A stretch of 63,874 nt of DNA, from the IMG/VR virus record IMGVR_UViG_3300037510_000075; one strand, written 5' to 3'. This stretch comes from a virus. A model generated the notes under the pieces. It did no database searches, had not been told where the DNA came from, and was given only the letters and a program-made list of their open reading frames with translations. Positions 25,508 to 36,299 of the stretch are shown here, piece after piece; within the stretch, counting starts at the first letter, position 1, and each line of letters opens with the position of its first letter. The position numbers and the translations under genes are program-made.

Positions 25508-26123
25508 TTTTATTATCTATGCACTACCTCGTTCTAGAACTGCTTGGCTCTCTAAATTCCTTTCTTATAAAGATATTACTTGTCTGCATGAACCTGCAGT
25601 TACTCTAAGAACTATAGAAGATATACCTTTTCTTTTTAAGAATAATACAGGCGTTGCAGAAACAGGGGCTGCTCAAGGGTGGTGGTTAATAAAGTATTAT
25701 GTGCCTCATATTAAAACAGTAGTTATCAAACGATCTGTAGAAGAAGTAGTTAATAGCCTATTAAAAGTGGATTTAAGCAACAAAGCTTTCTACGATAAAG
25801 ATACTCTTACTAAGCATATGAATTACACTAATAGAATGTTAGATAAGATATCGCAAGAATCTGGTGTTCTTACTGTTAATTATTATGATCTGCCCAAAAT
25901 GGAAACTTGCAAATCTATATTTGAGCACTGTCTTCCTTATAAATTTGATATTAAATGGTGGGCTTCTCTCAAGAATAAAAATATACAAGTAAGTGTAAAA
26001 GATAAACTACTATATTATCATAAGCATCTTAATGAAATAAACAATTTTAAAAACTTATGTAAAAAAGAATTGATAAGAATTAGAAGAATGGAACCTAATA
26101 ATGCTTTATGGCAAAGAAGATAA
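25500..26123 (+). CDS. hypothetical enzyme-like protein (sulfotransferase-like N-terminal motif, weak)
   Basis: The likely start is the ATG at 25500 (MNNFIIYALPRSRTAWLSKFL). The PRSRT segment resembles the PAPS-binding loop of sulfotransferases, but this is unverified. Confidence 0.4.
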   Translation: MNNFIIYALPRSRTAWLSKFLSYKDITCLHEPAVTLRTIEDIPFLFKNNTGVAETGAAQGWWLIKYYVPHIKTVVIKRSVEEVVNSLLKVDLSNKAFYDKDTLTKHMNYTNRMLDKISQESGVLTVNYYDLPKMETCKSIFEHCLPYKFDIKWWASLKNKNIQVSVKDKLLYYHKHLNEINNFKNLCKKELIRIRRMEPNNALWQRR

Positions 26124-26129
26124 TATCTA

Positions 26130-26789
26130 ATGCCTTCTGTTTCAATCCCAGCCGCAATTGCCTCTATCGGAACTACATTAACCAGTGCTATTGGTGGTAT
26201 CGGAGGAGCTTCAGCCATTGCAAGTGGTGGTCTCACAGCCGCTGCTTCAGCATCACCTTGGCTTGCATATGCAGGTATCGGAAGTAGTTTAGCTGGCGGA
26301 GCTTTAGGCGCTTATGGTAGTTATATGCAAGGGCAATCTGCAGCAGCGGCAGCCAGATATAATGCAACCATAGAAAAGAATAATGCTACTATTGCAAAAC
26401 AAAATGCAGCTATTGCTGGCGAAGCCGGAAGCTTTCAGGCTTATCAAGTAGGTCAAAAAACTAGATCAGAAGTTGGTACTATAGCAGCTAATCAGGCCGC
26501 TGGTGGTATCGATGTAAACAAAGGTTCTGCAGTTGATGTTAGATCGAGTGCAGCGGAATTAGGGGAATTAGATGCTCTTACCGTTAGGTCTAATGCAGCG
26601 AGAGAAGCTTATGGTTATCAAACTCAAGCAGATACACATACAGCACAAAGTAATCTTGATTTATTCGAAGCAGCCAATGATCAAACAGCAGGTACTATAG
26701 GTGCTGCTAGTACGTTCCTTGGCAGTGCTGGTAGTGCTGCTCTTAACTTCCGCAAGTATCAACTTGAAGCAGGAGGCCTCGGTGGCTAA
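26130..26789 (+). CDS. internal virion protein (Gly/Ala-rich, N-terminal hydrophobic)
   Basis: 219-aa ORF that precedes the transglycosylase protein. Confidence 0.4.
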   Translation: MPSVSIPAAIASIGTTLTSAIGGIGGASAIASGGLTAAASASPWLAYAGIGSSLAGGALGAYGSYMQGQSAAAAARYNATIEKNNATIAKQNAAIAGEAGSFQAYQVGQKTRSEVGTIAANQAAGGIDVNKGSAVDVRSSAAELGELDALTVRSNAAREAYGYQTQADTHTAQSNLDLFEAANDQTAGTIGAASTFLGSAGSAALNFRKYQLEAGGLGG

Positions 26790-29181
26790 GCCAGATGATG
26801 TATATAACCCAATTCCTACTGTTTCACCTCAAACAGGAACTCCTAACGATTATCTAAATGTCAGAGCTACACCCGCAGACATGGGGAGTCAAGTCGGGCA
26901 AGCTTTACAAGGTGCAGGTAATACTCTAGATAAACTAGGTGATCAAGCTGTTAACCTTGCTATTCAACAACAAGGTATGATCAATGAAACATTAGCTACT
27001 AATGCAGAATCTGCTTATGCTGCTGAAACCGGGTCTATCTATGGTAAGTATAAAGCTTTAACAGGACTTGATGCTGTTCATGCAAGAGATGGAACCGTCA
27101 ATGATATATTAGGTGTAAGACAAAAGATTCGATCTACTCTCCCAAATCCAGCAGCTCAAAGAGCCTTTGATCTTCTAGCAGTTAGAAGAGAAGGTTTTAT
27201 GGTACAAGATATCAATGCCTATGCTGGTGGTCAAATTAAAGTGGCTGATACTCATAGTGCTATGGCCGCTCAAAGCATTGCTATTGAGAGTGCTGGAAGA
27301 CCTGAAATAGCTTCTAATGATTTATTATTTAATAAAGCTATCGGGGATATTAAATTCCAAGCTGCTAGAATAATGATGAATCAAGGTTATGGTTCTGTCA
27401 TGCATCAGGACCCTGTTAAAGGTACTATTACTTTTGATGATACACCAGAAGGTAAACAAGCTTCTGTTGTTTGGCAGGATTATTTGAACAAAGCTGTTGG
27501 TGACGCATGGGAATATAGAATAAAAGCGCTATTAACTGATCCTGCATCAGGGAATGTTCAAACTGCAGTCAAAGTTTTAAATGACAATAAAGCTAATATT
27601 CCATCTGCCACACTTGCTAAACTTCAAGCTATGTTGTACGCCCCTTATAGACAAGCACAGGTTAGAAATATAGCTCAAGATGTATTAGCCGAGGCTGATC
27701 AAAACTATTTAGCAGATATCAGCGGTGATATCAAAGGTAAGTTTAACCCTGCACAGCTCACTAATGCCATTATCGGACAAGAGAGTGGTGGCCACCCTAA
27801 TGTTGTGAATGCCATATCTGGGGCTACTGGTCTAGGGCAGATAATGCCGGATACTTGGAAAGCGTATGCTCGTCCGGGTGAAGACATTAAGAATCCTAAA
27901 GATAATAAAGCTGTAACCCAAAGAATCTTAACTGACCTGTTAAATAAATATGATGGTGACGTAGAAAGAGCTGCAGTAGCATATTATTCAGGTCCATCTA
28001 ACGTAGCTCCTGCGGGTTCAGCAACTCCTTGGTTAAAAGATATTTCCAAGGATCGTCACGGAAATGATATTCCTAGTGTATCTACTTATGTTAAGAGCAT
28101 AGTCTCTAGATTACAAGGAGGTGCTGGGGGTTCCTCTAATTATGTTCCTAAAGTAGATTGGCTAGAAGAACATTATGGTGATTTAATTCTAAAATCTCGA
28201 CAACAAGCAGATCAAATGTATCCTGATGATCCTGCTCTAGCTGATGCAGCAGTTCGTAACACTGAGAGTCGTATCAGAGAAATAATTCAGTCTCAACGTA
28301 TGACCGATAGGGCTAACGAAGATGTTTTAATCAGAGCAGCTAATGGTCAATATACTAATGGCAAACCTATAACTGATCCTTCTCAATTTGATGCTATCCC
28401 TGAAGTTCGTGATTTATGGAATAGATATCAAATGGATAATCCTTTAGGAGCAGAAATGTTCGGTAAGATGCTCAGATATAATACACACGGAGCTAGCAAT
28501 ACTTTTGGTTCAGATTTCTATAAGTATTTTACAGATGTAGTTAGTGGCCATACTACTGATCCTACTCAGTTGCTAACCGGGGTTAATCCTGATGTAGTTC
28601 CTAAAGACTCTCCACTATCAAATTCTGGATTTAATACTCTTTATGGTGTCTTTAAAGACATGGGAACACCTCAAGGGCACTCTAATTGGCAGGCTGCTAT
28701 GAACTTTCTAAATTCCCCTAGTATTAGGCGAGCTATTACGATGAGTGGTGCCTCTCCGGGTTGGGTTGATGCAGATGGCGACGCACATTGGAATAGATAT
28801 ATGATGGATGTATTACCTAAGATTAAAGCAGGTTTCGACAAAGGCTTGACACCAGCGCAATTATTCGATCCTAAATCTAAAGATTATGTTGGTGGTTCAT
28901 TAGATTTATATAGACGTAGTATGAAAGAAATTATGGCTGACGCTCAAAAGAAACTGCTGAGTGGTACTAATATCACCGGACCTAATTCTCCGATCTGGGG
29001 AACAGCTCGTGATGCTGTTAAAGGATTTGATCTTTCAACCATCAAGACTAAAGATGATTGGGATAAGGCTACTAAAGACCCTAAATTTATAATGGACTTA
29101 AAGAATAAAAAGATTACTAAAGAACAATTCATGGATTTATACAATAAATTTAATCCTCCTCCAGTTCCAAGGGAACATTAA
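26782..29181 (+). CDS. internal virion protein with soluble lytic transglycosylase (SLT) domain
   Basis: GTG at 26782 with an AGGAGG SD 6 nt upstream. The SLT motif is IIGQESGGHPNVVNAISGATGLGQIMPDTW...AYYSGP. Confidence 0.7.
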   Translation: MAKPDDVYNPIPTVSPQTGTPNDYLNVRATPADMGSQVGQALQGAGNTLDKLGDQAVNLAIQQQGMINETLATNAESAYAAETGSIYGKYKALTGLDAVHARDGTVNDILGVRQKIRSTLPNPAAQRAFDLLAVRREGFMVQDINAYAGGQIKVADTHSAMAAQSIAIESAGRPEIASNDLLFNKAIGDIKFQAARIMMNQGYGSVMHQDPVKGTITFDDTPEGKQASVVWQDYLNKAVGDAWEYRIKALLTDPASGNVQTAVKVLNDNKANIPSATLAKLQAMLYAPYRQAQVRNIAQDVLAEADQNYLADISGDIKGKFNPAQLTNAIIGQESGGHPNVVNAISGATGLGQIMPDTWKAYARPGEDIKNPKDNKAVTQRILTDLLNKYDGDVERAAVAYYSGPSNVAPAGSATPWLKDISKDRHGNDIPSVSTYVKSIVSRLQGGAGGSSNYVPKVDWLEEHYGDLILKSRQQADQMYPDDPALADAAVRNTESRIREIIQSQRMTDRANEDVLIRAANGQYTNGKPITDPSQFDAIPEVRDLWNRYQMDNPLGAEMFGKMLRYNTHGASNTFGSDFYKYFTDVVSGHTTDPTQLLTGVNPDVVPKDSPLSNSGFNTLYGVFKDMGTPQGHSNWQAAMNFLNSPSIRRAITMSGASPGWVDADGDAHWNRYMMDVLPKIKAGFDKGLTPAQLFDPKSKDYVGGSLDLYRRSMKEIMADAQKKLLSGTNITGPNSPIWGTARDAVKGFDLSTIKTKDDWDKATKDPKFIMDLKNKKITKEQFMDLYNKFNPPPVPREH

Positions 29182-29184
29182 ATA

Positions 29185-32100
29185 ATGGCTGATTTCAATC
29201 ATCCAGAAGATTTATATAATTCATTAGTTAATGATAAGCCTACTAATCAATCTCCCGAAGATGCTTATAATAATTTAATGGGATCAAAGAATGACAATTC
29301 TTGGTCTTGGAGTGGGTTAGCTCATTCTGTTTTAAGTGCCACCCCTATGGTAGGTCCTTTAGCGGATACTCTTTTTAGCGATACTCCTTTTAAGAGAATT
29401 ATGTCTGCTTTCGGACAATCATTTGCAGATAATCATGGTTTGTCTGGTACTTCTCCAGAACTAGAAAGATGGATGATAGATCATCATATCTACAATGATT
29501 ACACTAACCACAAAGTTAACTTAATTCACAGTGCTAACGAAGCTCTATTAAGACCACTAGTTGCACTAGGTTATACTGGTGTAGCAACTTTACAAGGTCT
29601 AGGTGGAGCAACCTCTCAATTCGGTACTGAATTAAGAAATACAGCCGAAGATATACAAGCTATGGGCCCACAAACGGGTGGGCTAGAAGATAACCTATTA
29701 GGGATAGCAGCAGCTCCTTTTGGCTCTGCCGGTGAATTAGTCCACGGTACTGTAGAAGGTTTCTTACCTGAAGCAAGCTTATTTCATGGGGTATCTAATG
29801 CTTCTGAGTTAGTGAGAAGAGGCAGAGCAGAAGGTGCTATCGGGGAAGGAGAAAGCTCTTATTTCGGAACTAAACCTATTTCACCAGAAACTAAAGCTGT
29901 TAAAGATGACTTTATCAGTGATCTAACCCCAGAGCCAACCCCTCAACCAGATATCCACTCTGTAGTTAGAACTCAGAATCCTGATCTATTCTCTAAGTAT
30001 GATGCTCTAACCCTTCAAAGAGAAAGATATCGAGCACAACTAGCTTCTATTAATTCAGGTATTCCAGTCTCTAATCCAGACTATTTAGCTGTAACCTCTA
30101 AGATAGATGAATGGCTGGCTAAAGTAGGCGGAGATGAATCTAAACTATCTAAGAATAGAACGAGAGATATTGCCGAAGCCAGAGAAGTCCTAGAGACTCT
30201 CCCTAAGTATCTAAATGCTGATGAAGTCCGTCAAAAGATACTATCTACCGACTTCCAGATGAGGGATTTAGCCCCTGATGTAGCTAAGGCTTATAAAGAG
30301 GCTTCCACAGCCCCAGAGAGCCCCGTACAGCCCGTTTCTGAGGCTGCCCCTACTACGACTAAGCCCTCAGAGACTGCCCCTCCTGAGGCTCCTCAGAGGC
30401 CCGTAGAACCCTCTACTCAAATAGCAGATAAAGTCTCTAAAAAGTTAAGAGATTTAGGAAGAGACCCTGAAGAGGCTGATGCTGCTGCAGCTATCGTCCA
30501 AGCTTATTATAATACTAGGGCAGCTAGATTTAAGGGGGCTTTAGGTACCCCAGATGAACTATTTAATAGAGAGTTTCCTGAAGTTGTCAGGACTAGTTTA
30601 GGTTCAGGAGCCCCTGCTCAAGGCGAGTTAGCTCAGTATGGTGGTATTAGGTCCACTACTGCTAGATTAGATAAATTCAATAAGGCTGTTCAAATGGAAC
30701 AAGCCGGACATACACCAGAACAGATCAGACTAGCTACAGGTTGGTTTAGATCACCATATGATAAGAAGTGGAAGTATGAGTTCTCAGATAAAGAGGCTAA
30801 GTTAACCCCTGCTTTTGAGAATTTACCAGAGACCAAACTATTTGAAGCTCCTACTCAAACCACTACATTAGGTGAGGTGCTCGATCATCCTACTCTTTAT
30901 AAAGCCTATCCTGAAGCACGAAACATTGAAGTTAGAAAGCAAGGCGCTTTTATGGACATGTTTAATTCATATCAAGGTTGGTTTGATAAAAAAGCTAATA
31001 GGTTAGTTGTTACACCTTATGCTAAAGAACCATTAGAAACTATATTGCATGAGATTCAACACTGGATTCAAGGTAAAGAAGGGTTTGCTAGAGGTGGCAA
31101 TGCTCAAACAGTTATAAAAAATCTTTCTGAAGATAAACTAAAACCAATATTAGAAGATACTATTAATAAAGTTCAAACTAAATTAGAGCTTTATCCTAAG
31201 TATATAAATATTATAGATAACTTCACTAAAGATTTCAATATTGGTGAAGCCAGACAAATCTTTGACAGAGCAGATGAGCTTTATAAAGAGTTCAAGAAGG
31301 TTGAAAATCTTCCTTATGAAAATCCTACTCGTATAAGAGTCTCTACTGAATGGTTACAAGCTTTTGATACTAGAAATTCCATAATAGATGCAATCAGAGA
31401 AAAATACTTTGGCACTTCTAAGATCAATGAATTATCTTTAGAAGACTATTCTATGTCTAATAAATTAGTACAATTCATCAAAGATGATACTGATTTACAG
31501 AAAATTAGAGAAGAACTTCAAGATAAATTTGTAAAGACTCAAGAAACTTTGACTAAGCTCCAATCTGGGGATAAAGAAACTCTTCAGAAAGCTATCGATG
31601 AAGATACTGCGTTTAAGCTTTATCAGAGCATTGCTGGTGAGATTGAAGCCAGAGATACTGAAGCCAGAATGAATCTCTCTGATAAAGAACGTGCTGCGTT
31701 AGAGCCATATAGTTCTCAAGCTGAATTTAAACCTGAAGATTCTATCGTTAGCTACGATCAAGCTAAAAGAGGTTCTATTTTAATTAATAAAGGCAACATC
31801 AAGAATATTATTAAACTTGGTGAAGAAGCAGATGCATCCACCTTTATGCATGAGATGGGCCATCAGTTCTTAGAAGACCTTAGAGTAGATGCTAAACACC
31901 CAGAAGCCCCAGAAGACTTACTTAAAGATTCTGAGGCCATTAATAAGTGGTTAAAAGCTAATCCAGATAAACCCCTAACAAGAGCGCAACACGAAAGATT
32001 TGCTAGAGGGTTTGAAAAATATTTGATGGAGGGTAGAGCCCCTTCTCCAGAACTAGCTAGTGTATTTGCTAAATTTAAAGCTTGGCTGGTTGATATCTAT

Positions 32101-34851
32101 AAGACTTTAAGGGGTCTCAATGTAAAACTCAACGATGATGTTCGTGGGGTGTTCGATAGACTTCTATCTCGCCCTGAAGAAGAACCCACCATAGTCCCCG
32201 AGAATATCGAAGAAAAGTTAACTCCTACCCAGCAAGAAGATATCTCTCTGCCTTTATCTGGTGTTAACGAATCTGATAATCCTCTGGTCAATAAGATTAA
32301 AGGAGCCGATCAAAGCCCTGATCCTTATCAACCCAGAGAATTTAATCAATCTAAATATCTCGATAAAGATGGTAACATTAATTTTGATGCTATCACTTCA
32401 GATGAAGATTTAAAAGACTATCTCAGACAATATGCTGCAGAGAATAATAATTTCTTCAAGTCTAGAAAAGGTAATATAACAACCACAGAAAGACTCGAAG
32501 CAGCCGATCTATTAGGTGTTAATGCTAGAACTATCAACAGCAATCTTAATAAGTTAAATAAACTCTTCGTAGAAGATAATATCCCTGTTGATGCTAGGTT
32601 TATTGGACTCAAGAAAGCTTTAGAACAGAATGCCTATAGACTAAAAGATTTCGTTATGAAAGACGATCCTGTAGGTTATCTTGATGCTCAGCTTTTACAG
32701 ATGAAGCTGATGAAAACTTTCTTAGGTATAAGAACTACATGGGGTAGATTAGGCCAAGCTTTACAAGCTATCGGAGAAGGGGAAGCAGAATCTCAAAGAC
32801 TCTCTGAATTCTTCCAAAAAGTAGCTAATAAGACATTCGATGAAGTTAAGACAGAAATGGCTACTCTGAAGAACCTAGATTCTGCAGCAGACATCTCTAG
32901 CACTGTTATTAAGAATGGTCGTAAAGCTGAGCCCGGTTGGGGTTGGTATCCTCTAGAAGTTCTGATCAATGCTTATATCTCTGGTCCTATAACCCACTTC
33001 ACTTACTCTGTTGCTCAAAAACTTCTAACTTCTTATAAATATGGATTAGAGACTCTAGGTCAAGCTACAGTCAGTAAAATCAAAGAACAATTCACTGAAC
33101 TTAATCCCGGTGAAAAGGTTTACTATAGAGAAGTTCAGTCTCAATTAAAAGAACTTTCCTTACAATACACAGCGGCAGCAGGCCATAGAGATGGTTTCAT
33201 CGGAGCTAAACAAGCTATGATGGTTGGTAAAACAGTTGCAATTCCGGGTGAGAACAGTGTTTATGACTTTGCAAGAAGAAGTGTCGAAAGATCAGGTCTA
33301 AAGCCGTATATGGATGGTTACAAAGAAGCTGTTGATGACAAACTAGATAAACTCATCAATAGGATTGTAACTAAACAAGTACGCGGAGAAAACCTAGCGG
33401 GTGATGAAGCTGTCAACAGATTTAAAGAACTAAAAGACAATTTCGATACTAAAATGTCTTTAGAAGATGCAGATTCTATCTACACACACTCTAGGCTCAT
33501 TCCCGGAGTAATAGGTACAATTGTAAGAGCACCCGGAGAACGTATGGTGGCTCCTCTACATACCTTTGACAGATTTGTAGCTTATCGAGTTAAGCTTGCT
33601 GGCTTAGCAACTAGAATGGCTATGGATGAAGGATTAGAAGGAGCTGCTCTCGCTCAACGTGAAGCTGAACTTCTCAAGAACCCACCGGATGATATGATGG
33701 CTCAAGCGAGAGATGATGCATGGGAGGCTGCTCTTCTTGGTGGTGGTGGTGATTTTACTAGAAGATATCAACAACTTTTAAATGCTGAAGTAGCTGGGGT
33801 ACCAGTGGGTCGTTACATTCAAACCTTCGTAGGAATACCCGGACAGATAATAAAAATGGCTTTAGTAGATAGAGGCCCATTTGCTGTATTCTCACCTAAG
33901 ATTATTAAAGATTTAGTTGGTAAAAATGGCTCGTTAGCTCAAACAGAAACTATGGCTAAGTTAGCTATTACCACTGGAGCTTATTTAGGTATGTACACTC
34001 TTTACAAGGAAGGACTAGCTAATCCGGGCCCTGATCCTGACCCTAAGAAGCGTGCTGTTGACTTAATGGAAAAAGGATTGCCTCACGCATTTCACGTAGG
34101 GCATATGACCTATGCCTTCGATAAATTAGGTGTACTCGGTATGATAGCCTCCGAAGCTACTGATTTAGCGCACACTGAAGAATTAGCTGAAGATAGTGAT
34201 TATAAAGGGGCTGCTCTATATGCATTTCATTCAACTGTAAATAATATAGAAGAAGTATTCAGTGGATTCTCTGATCTATTTGATGCTATTCATAAACCAG
34301 AGACTAAAGGTACTAACTATGTTCAGGATAAAATCCTAGGATTTGTGCCTGTAGGTCTTTCTCAGACGGCTAGATTAGTCGATCCTTACCAGAGAGAAAC
34401 TAAAACATTTATAGATAAGCTGTATGCAAAGCTCCCAGGGTTATCAGAAGACTTACCAGAACGTATAGATATCTTCGGTCAACCCATTCCTAATAAAGAA
34501 TTCTATGGTGTTTACGCTCAACAAGTCCAAGATGATCCTGTTGCTAATTTCTTAGCAAAAGAAGGTTATTTTCCCGGTAAGGTAAAAGATACTATTAATG
34601 GAGTCCAATTAACACCTATACAATATAAAGAGTATGCGACTCAAGCAGGTGTTATGCTACGTCTTGATCTACAGACTCTGATGGATATGCCCGGCTTCTA
34701 TGATATGCCTAAGGGAATGCAACACGAGATGATCGTTAAAGCTGTAACCGATAGTAGGACATATGCTGGAAATTTCATCATGGCTAAATACACTGATTTA
34801 ATCCAGAAATCAATTGACAATAAACTAAATATTCTGAATGGAACTCAATAA
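29185..34851 (+). CDS. giant (1888 aa) internal/ejected polyvalent virion protein with two HExxH motifs
   Basis: HEIQHW (in LETILHEIQHWIQGKEGFARGG) and HEMGH (in FMHEMGHQFLED). It also has a Pro-rich linker. Its size and position are typical of ejection proteins. Confidence 0.6.
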   Translation: MADFNHPEDLYNSLVNDKPTNQSPEDAYNNLMGSKNDNSWSWSGLAHSVLSATPMVGPLADTLFSDTPFKRIMSAFGQSFADNHGLSGTSPELERWMIDHHIYNDYTNHKVNLIHSANEALLRPLVALGYTGVATLQGLGGATSQFGTELRNTAEDIQAMGPQTGGLEDNLLGIAAAPFGSAGELVHGTVEGFLPEASLFHGVSNASELVRRGRAEGAIGEGESSYFGTKPISPETKAVKDDFISDLTPEPTPQPDIHSVVRTQNPDLFSKYDALTLQRERYRAQLASINSGIPVSNPDYLAVTSKIDEWLAKVGGDESKLSKNRTRDIAEAREVLETLPKYLNADEVRQKILSTDFQMRDLAPDVAKAYKEASTAPESPVQPVSEAAPTTTKPSETAPPEAPQRPVEPSTQIADKVSKKLRDLGRDPEEADAAAAIVQAYYNTRAARFKGALGTPDELFNREFPEVVRTSLGSGAPAQGELAQYGGIRSTTARLDKFNKAVQMEQAGHTPEQIRLATGWFRSPYDKKWKYEFSDKEAKLTPAFENLPETKLFEAPTQTTTLGEVLDHPTLYKAYPEARNIEVRKQGAFMDMFNSYQGWFDKKANRLVVTPYAKEPLETILHEIQHWIQGKEGFARGGNAQTVIKNLSEDKLKPILEDTINKVQTKLELYPKYINIIDNFTKDFNIGEARQIFDRADELYKEFKKVENLPYENPTRIRVSTEWLQAFDTRNSIIDAIREKYFGTSKINELSLEDYSMSNKLVQFIKDDTDLQKIREELQDKFVKTQETLTKLQSGDKETLQKAIDEDTAFKLYQSIAGEIEARDTEARMNLSDKERAALEPYSSQAEFKPEDSIVSYDQAKRGSILINKGNIKNIIKLGEEADASTFMHEMGHQFLEDLRVDAKHPEAPEDLLKDSEAINKWLKANPDKPLTRAQHERFARGFEKYLMEGRAPSPELASVFAKFKAWLVDIYKTLRGLNVKLNDDVRGVFDRLLSRPEEEPTIVPENIEEKLTPTQQEDISLPLSGVNESDNPLVNKIKGADQSPDPYQPREFNQSKYLDKDGNINFDAITSDEDLKDYLRQYAAENNNFFKSRKGNITTTERLEAADLLGVNARTINSNLNKLNKLFVEDNIPVDARFIGLKKALEQNAYRLKDFVMKDDPVGYLDAQLLQMKLMKTFLGIRTTWGRLGQALQAIGEGEAESQRLSEFFQKVANKTFDEVKTEMATLKNLDSAADISSTVIKNGRKAEPGWGWYPLEVLINAYISGPITHFTYSVAQKLLTSYKYGLETLGQATVSKIKEQFTELNPGEKVYYREVQSQLKELSLQYTAAAGHRDGFIGAKQAMMVGKTVAIPGENSVYDFARRSVERSGLKPYMDGYKEAVDDKLDKLINRIVTKQVRGENLAGDEAVNRFKELKDNFDTKMSLEDADSIYTHSRLIPGVIGTIVRAPGERMVAPLHTFDRFVAYRVKLAGLATRMAMDEGLEGAALAQREAELLKNPPDDMMAQARDDAWEAALLGGGGDFTRRYQQLLNAEVAGVPVGRYIQTFVGIPGQIIKMALVDRGPFAVFSPKIIKDLVGKNGSLAQTETMAKLAITTGAYLGMYTLYKEGLANPGPDPDPKKRAVDLMEKGLPHAFHVGHMTYAFDKLGVLGMIASEATDLAHTEELAEDSDYKGAALYAFHSTVNNIEEVFSGFSDLFDAIHKPETKGTNYVQDKILGFVPVGLSQTARLVDPYQRETKTFIDKLYAKLPGLSEDLPERIDIFGQPIPNKEFYGVYAQQVQDDPVANFLAKEGYFPGKVKDTINGVQLTPIQYKEYATQAGVMLRLDLQTLMDMPGFYDMPKGMQHEMIVKAVTDSRTYAGNFIMAKYTDLIQKSIDNKLNILNGTQ

Positions 34852-34853
34852 AT

Positions 34854-35684
34854 ATGACTATTTCAACACAAACCAGTACTATTACTTATGTAGGTAATGG
34901 GGCTACTACTGTATGGAGCTTTCCATTTGTTGGGGTGAATGGATCAGATATAGAGGTTATTTACACAGATAGCTCTGGGGCAGAAACAACTCTCAATCCA
35001 TCTCAATATACTCTGGTCATTAATCCAGTTCCTGTGGGTGGTCTCTGGGGTATCGGAGGTTCAGTAACCTATCCTACTAGTGGTACACCCATTCAAGCCG
35101 GTACATTTATAACCATAAATAGAATAGTTCCGTACACTCAATCTGTAACTATCTCTAATCAAGGTCCTTTCTATCCCCAATCAGTAGAACAAGCTCTAGA
35201 TTTATTAGAATTACAGATACAGCAAATTCAGACACTAGCTACTTATGCTATTAGTGCCCCTATCGTAGATCAGTATCCACCCAACACTCTCCCACCGGCT
35301 GCTGAAAGAGCTAACGGCTATTTAGGCTTCGACAACTTTGGACAACCTGTTATCTTTACTGCTGCTCCTGCAGTGGCTACCGTAACGTATGCAGCCCCTC
35401 GTGCTATAACTACTACGGGCACTAATACTGTCAGCGTGCTGCAATCTGATTCTCTAGGTGGAGTATCTATCTATCAAAGTTCTACACCCGTAACTACCGT
35501 TCAACTTCCAGTTAGTTATGGTCCTTACCCTATATTTGATGGGTCCAAGAACTCTAGTACATACCCTATAAAGGTTCTGCCTCCGGTAGGATTAACTATA
35601 GAAGGTAGAACGAGTTGGAGTTTAGGGAGTAATGGAAGTTCACTTACCTTTTACAATGATGGCACTCAAATAACAATAGGATGA
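34854..35684 (+). CDS. tail fibre-like protein
   Basis: 276 aa. The N-terminus ITYVGNGATTVWSFPF is a pattern common in phage fibre N-termini. Confidence 0.45.
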   Translation: MTISTQTSTITYVGNGATTVWSFPFVGVNGSDIEVIYTDSSGAETTLNPSQYTLVINPVPVGGLWGIGGSVTYPTSGTPIQAGTFITINRIVPYTQSVTISNQGPFYPQSVEQALDLLELQIQQIQTLATYAISAPIVDQYPPNTLPPAAERANGYLGFDNFGQPVIFTAAPAVATVTYAAPRAITTTGTNTVSVLQSDSLGGVSIYQSSTPVTTVQLPVSYGPYPIFDGSKNSSTYPIKVLPPVGLTIEGRTSWSLGSNGSSLTFYNDGTQITIG

Positions 35685-35687
35685 TAA

Positions 35688-36038
35688 ATGAAATTACTTG
35701 ATTTTGCTCAAAATAAAAAGACTTATGCAACTGTTATCTTAACCATAGGGTTAGCAGCCTATCAGGGCTATACAGGACATGACATACCTAATTGGGTATA
35801 TGTTATCCTAGGGTTCGCTGGTTTAGGTTTCCATAGGGCTGCTATAACTCAACAGGCTAATGCAATAGCCACTCTTAAGGACACTCTAGGTGATGTTCTC
35901 TCTCAAATAGAAGTGCCAGAGCAGAAGCAAGCGGAGCTACCTCCTATAACAGATACAACAGAAGTTGTGGACAAACCTATTGCTCCTCCGAAGAATATAA
36001 CTGATATCTATCCTTCTCTGAGGCATTCTATAAAATGA
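35688..36038 (+). CDS. membrane protein, holin candidate
   Basis: 116 aa with two hydrophobic helices (ATVILTIGLAAY, WVYVILGFAGLGF). It lies at the end of the late block. Confidence 0.4.
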   Translation: MKLLDFAQNKKTYATVILTIGLAAYQGYTGHDIPNWVYVILGFAGLGFHRAAITQQANAIATLKDTLGDVLSQIEVPEQKQAELPPITDTTEVVDKPIAPPKNITDIYPSLRHSIK

Positions 36039-36262
36039 GAGATATTTCTAGTCAGATAAACTATATGTTTGATAAGCCTTACCTAACACCTGTGTTGTTA
36101 GCAGCGGGCATGATCCCTCAGTTTATAGCTCTCTTCAACTTAAGTCGTGTCTTGCAGTTCGCACAGTTGCTATACTTTATAGTATTGATACCCCCAGCGG
36201 CTTATCACTGTTGGCGATGGCTGACGAGTGTGAGTAAACGAAAACCACATACAAAACCTTAA
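36035..36262 (+). CDS. membrane protein (holin/antiholin/spanin candidate)
   Basis: 75 aa with two hydrophobic segments. It overlaps the upstream stop. Confidence 0.35.
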   Translation: MRDISSQINYMFDKPYLTPVLLAAGMIPQFIALFNLSRVLQFAQLLYFIVLIPPAAYHCWRWLTSVSKRKPHTKP

Positions 36263-36267
36263 AAATT

Positions 36268-36299
36268 AGCCCCCTAAGAGATGATCCTCTTAGGGGGCT
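36268..36299. terminator. bidirectional intrinsic terminator at the convergence of the two transcription blocks
   Basis: AGCCCCCTAAGAG-atgatc-CTCTTAGGGGGCT, a 13-bp perfect stem. It is T-rich on the plus side (TCTTTATATT) and has AATTTTT on the minus side. Confidence 0.85.

Noticed and set aside
29185-34851. The giant ORF as a virion RNA polymerase (N4-like).
   Set aside because: It is too short for an N4-type vRNAP, and I see no single-subunit RNAP catalytic motifs. The genome carries host-type consensus promoters instead.
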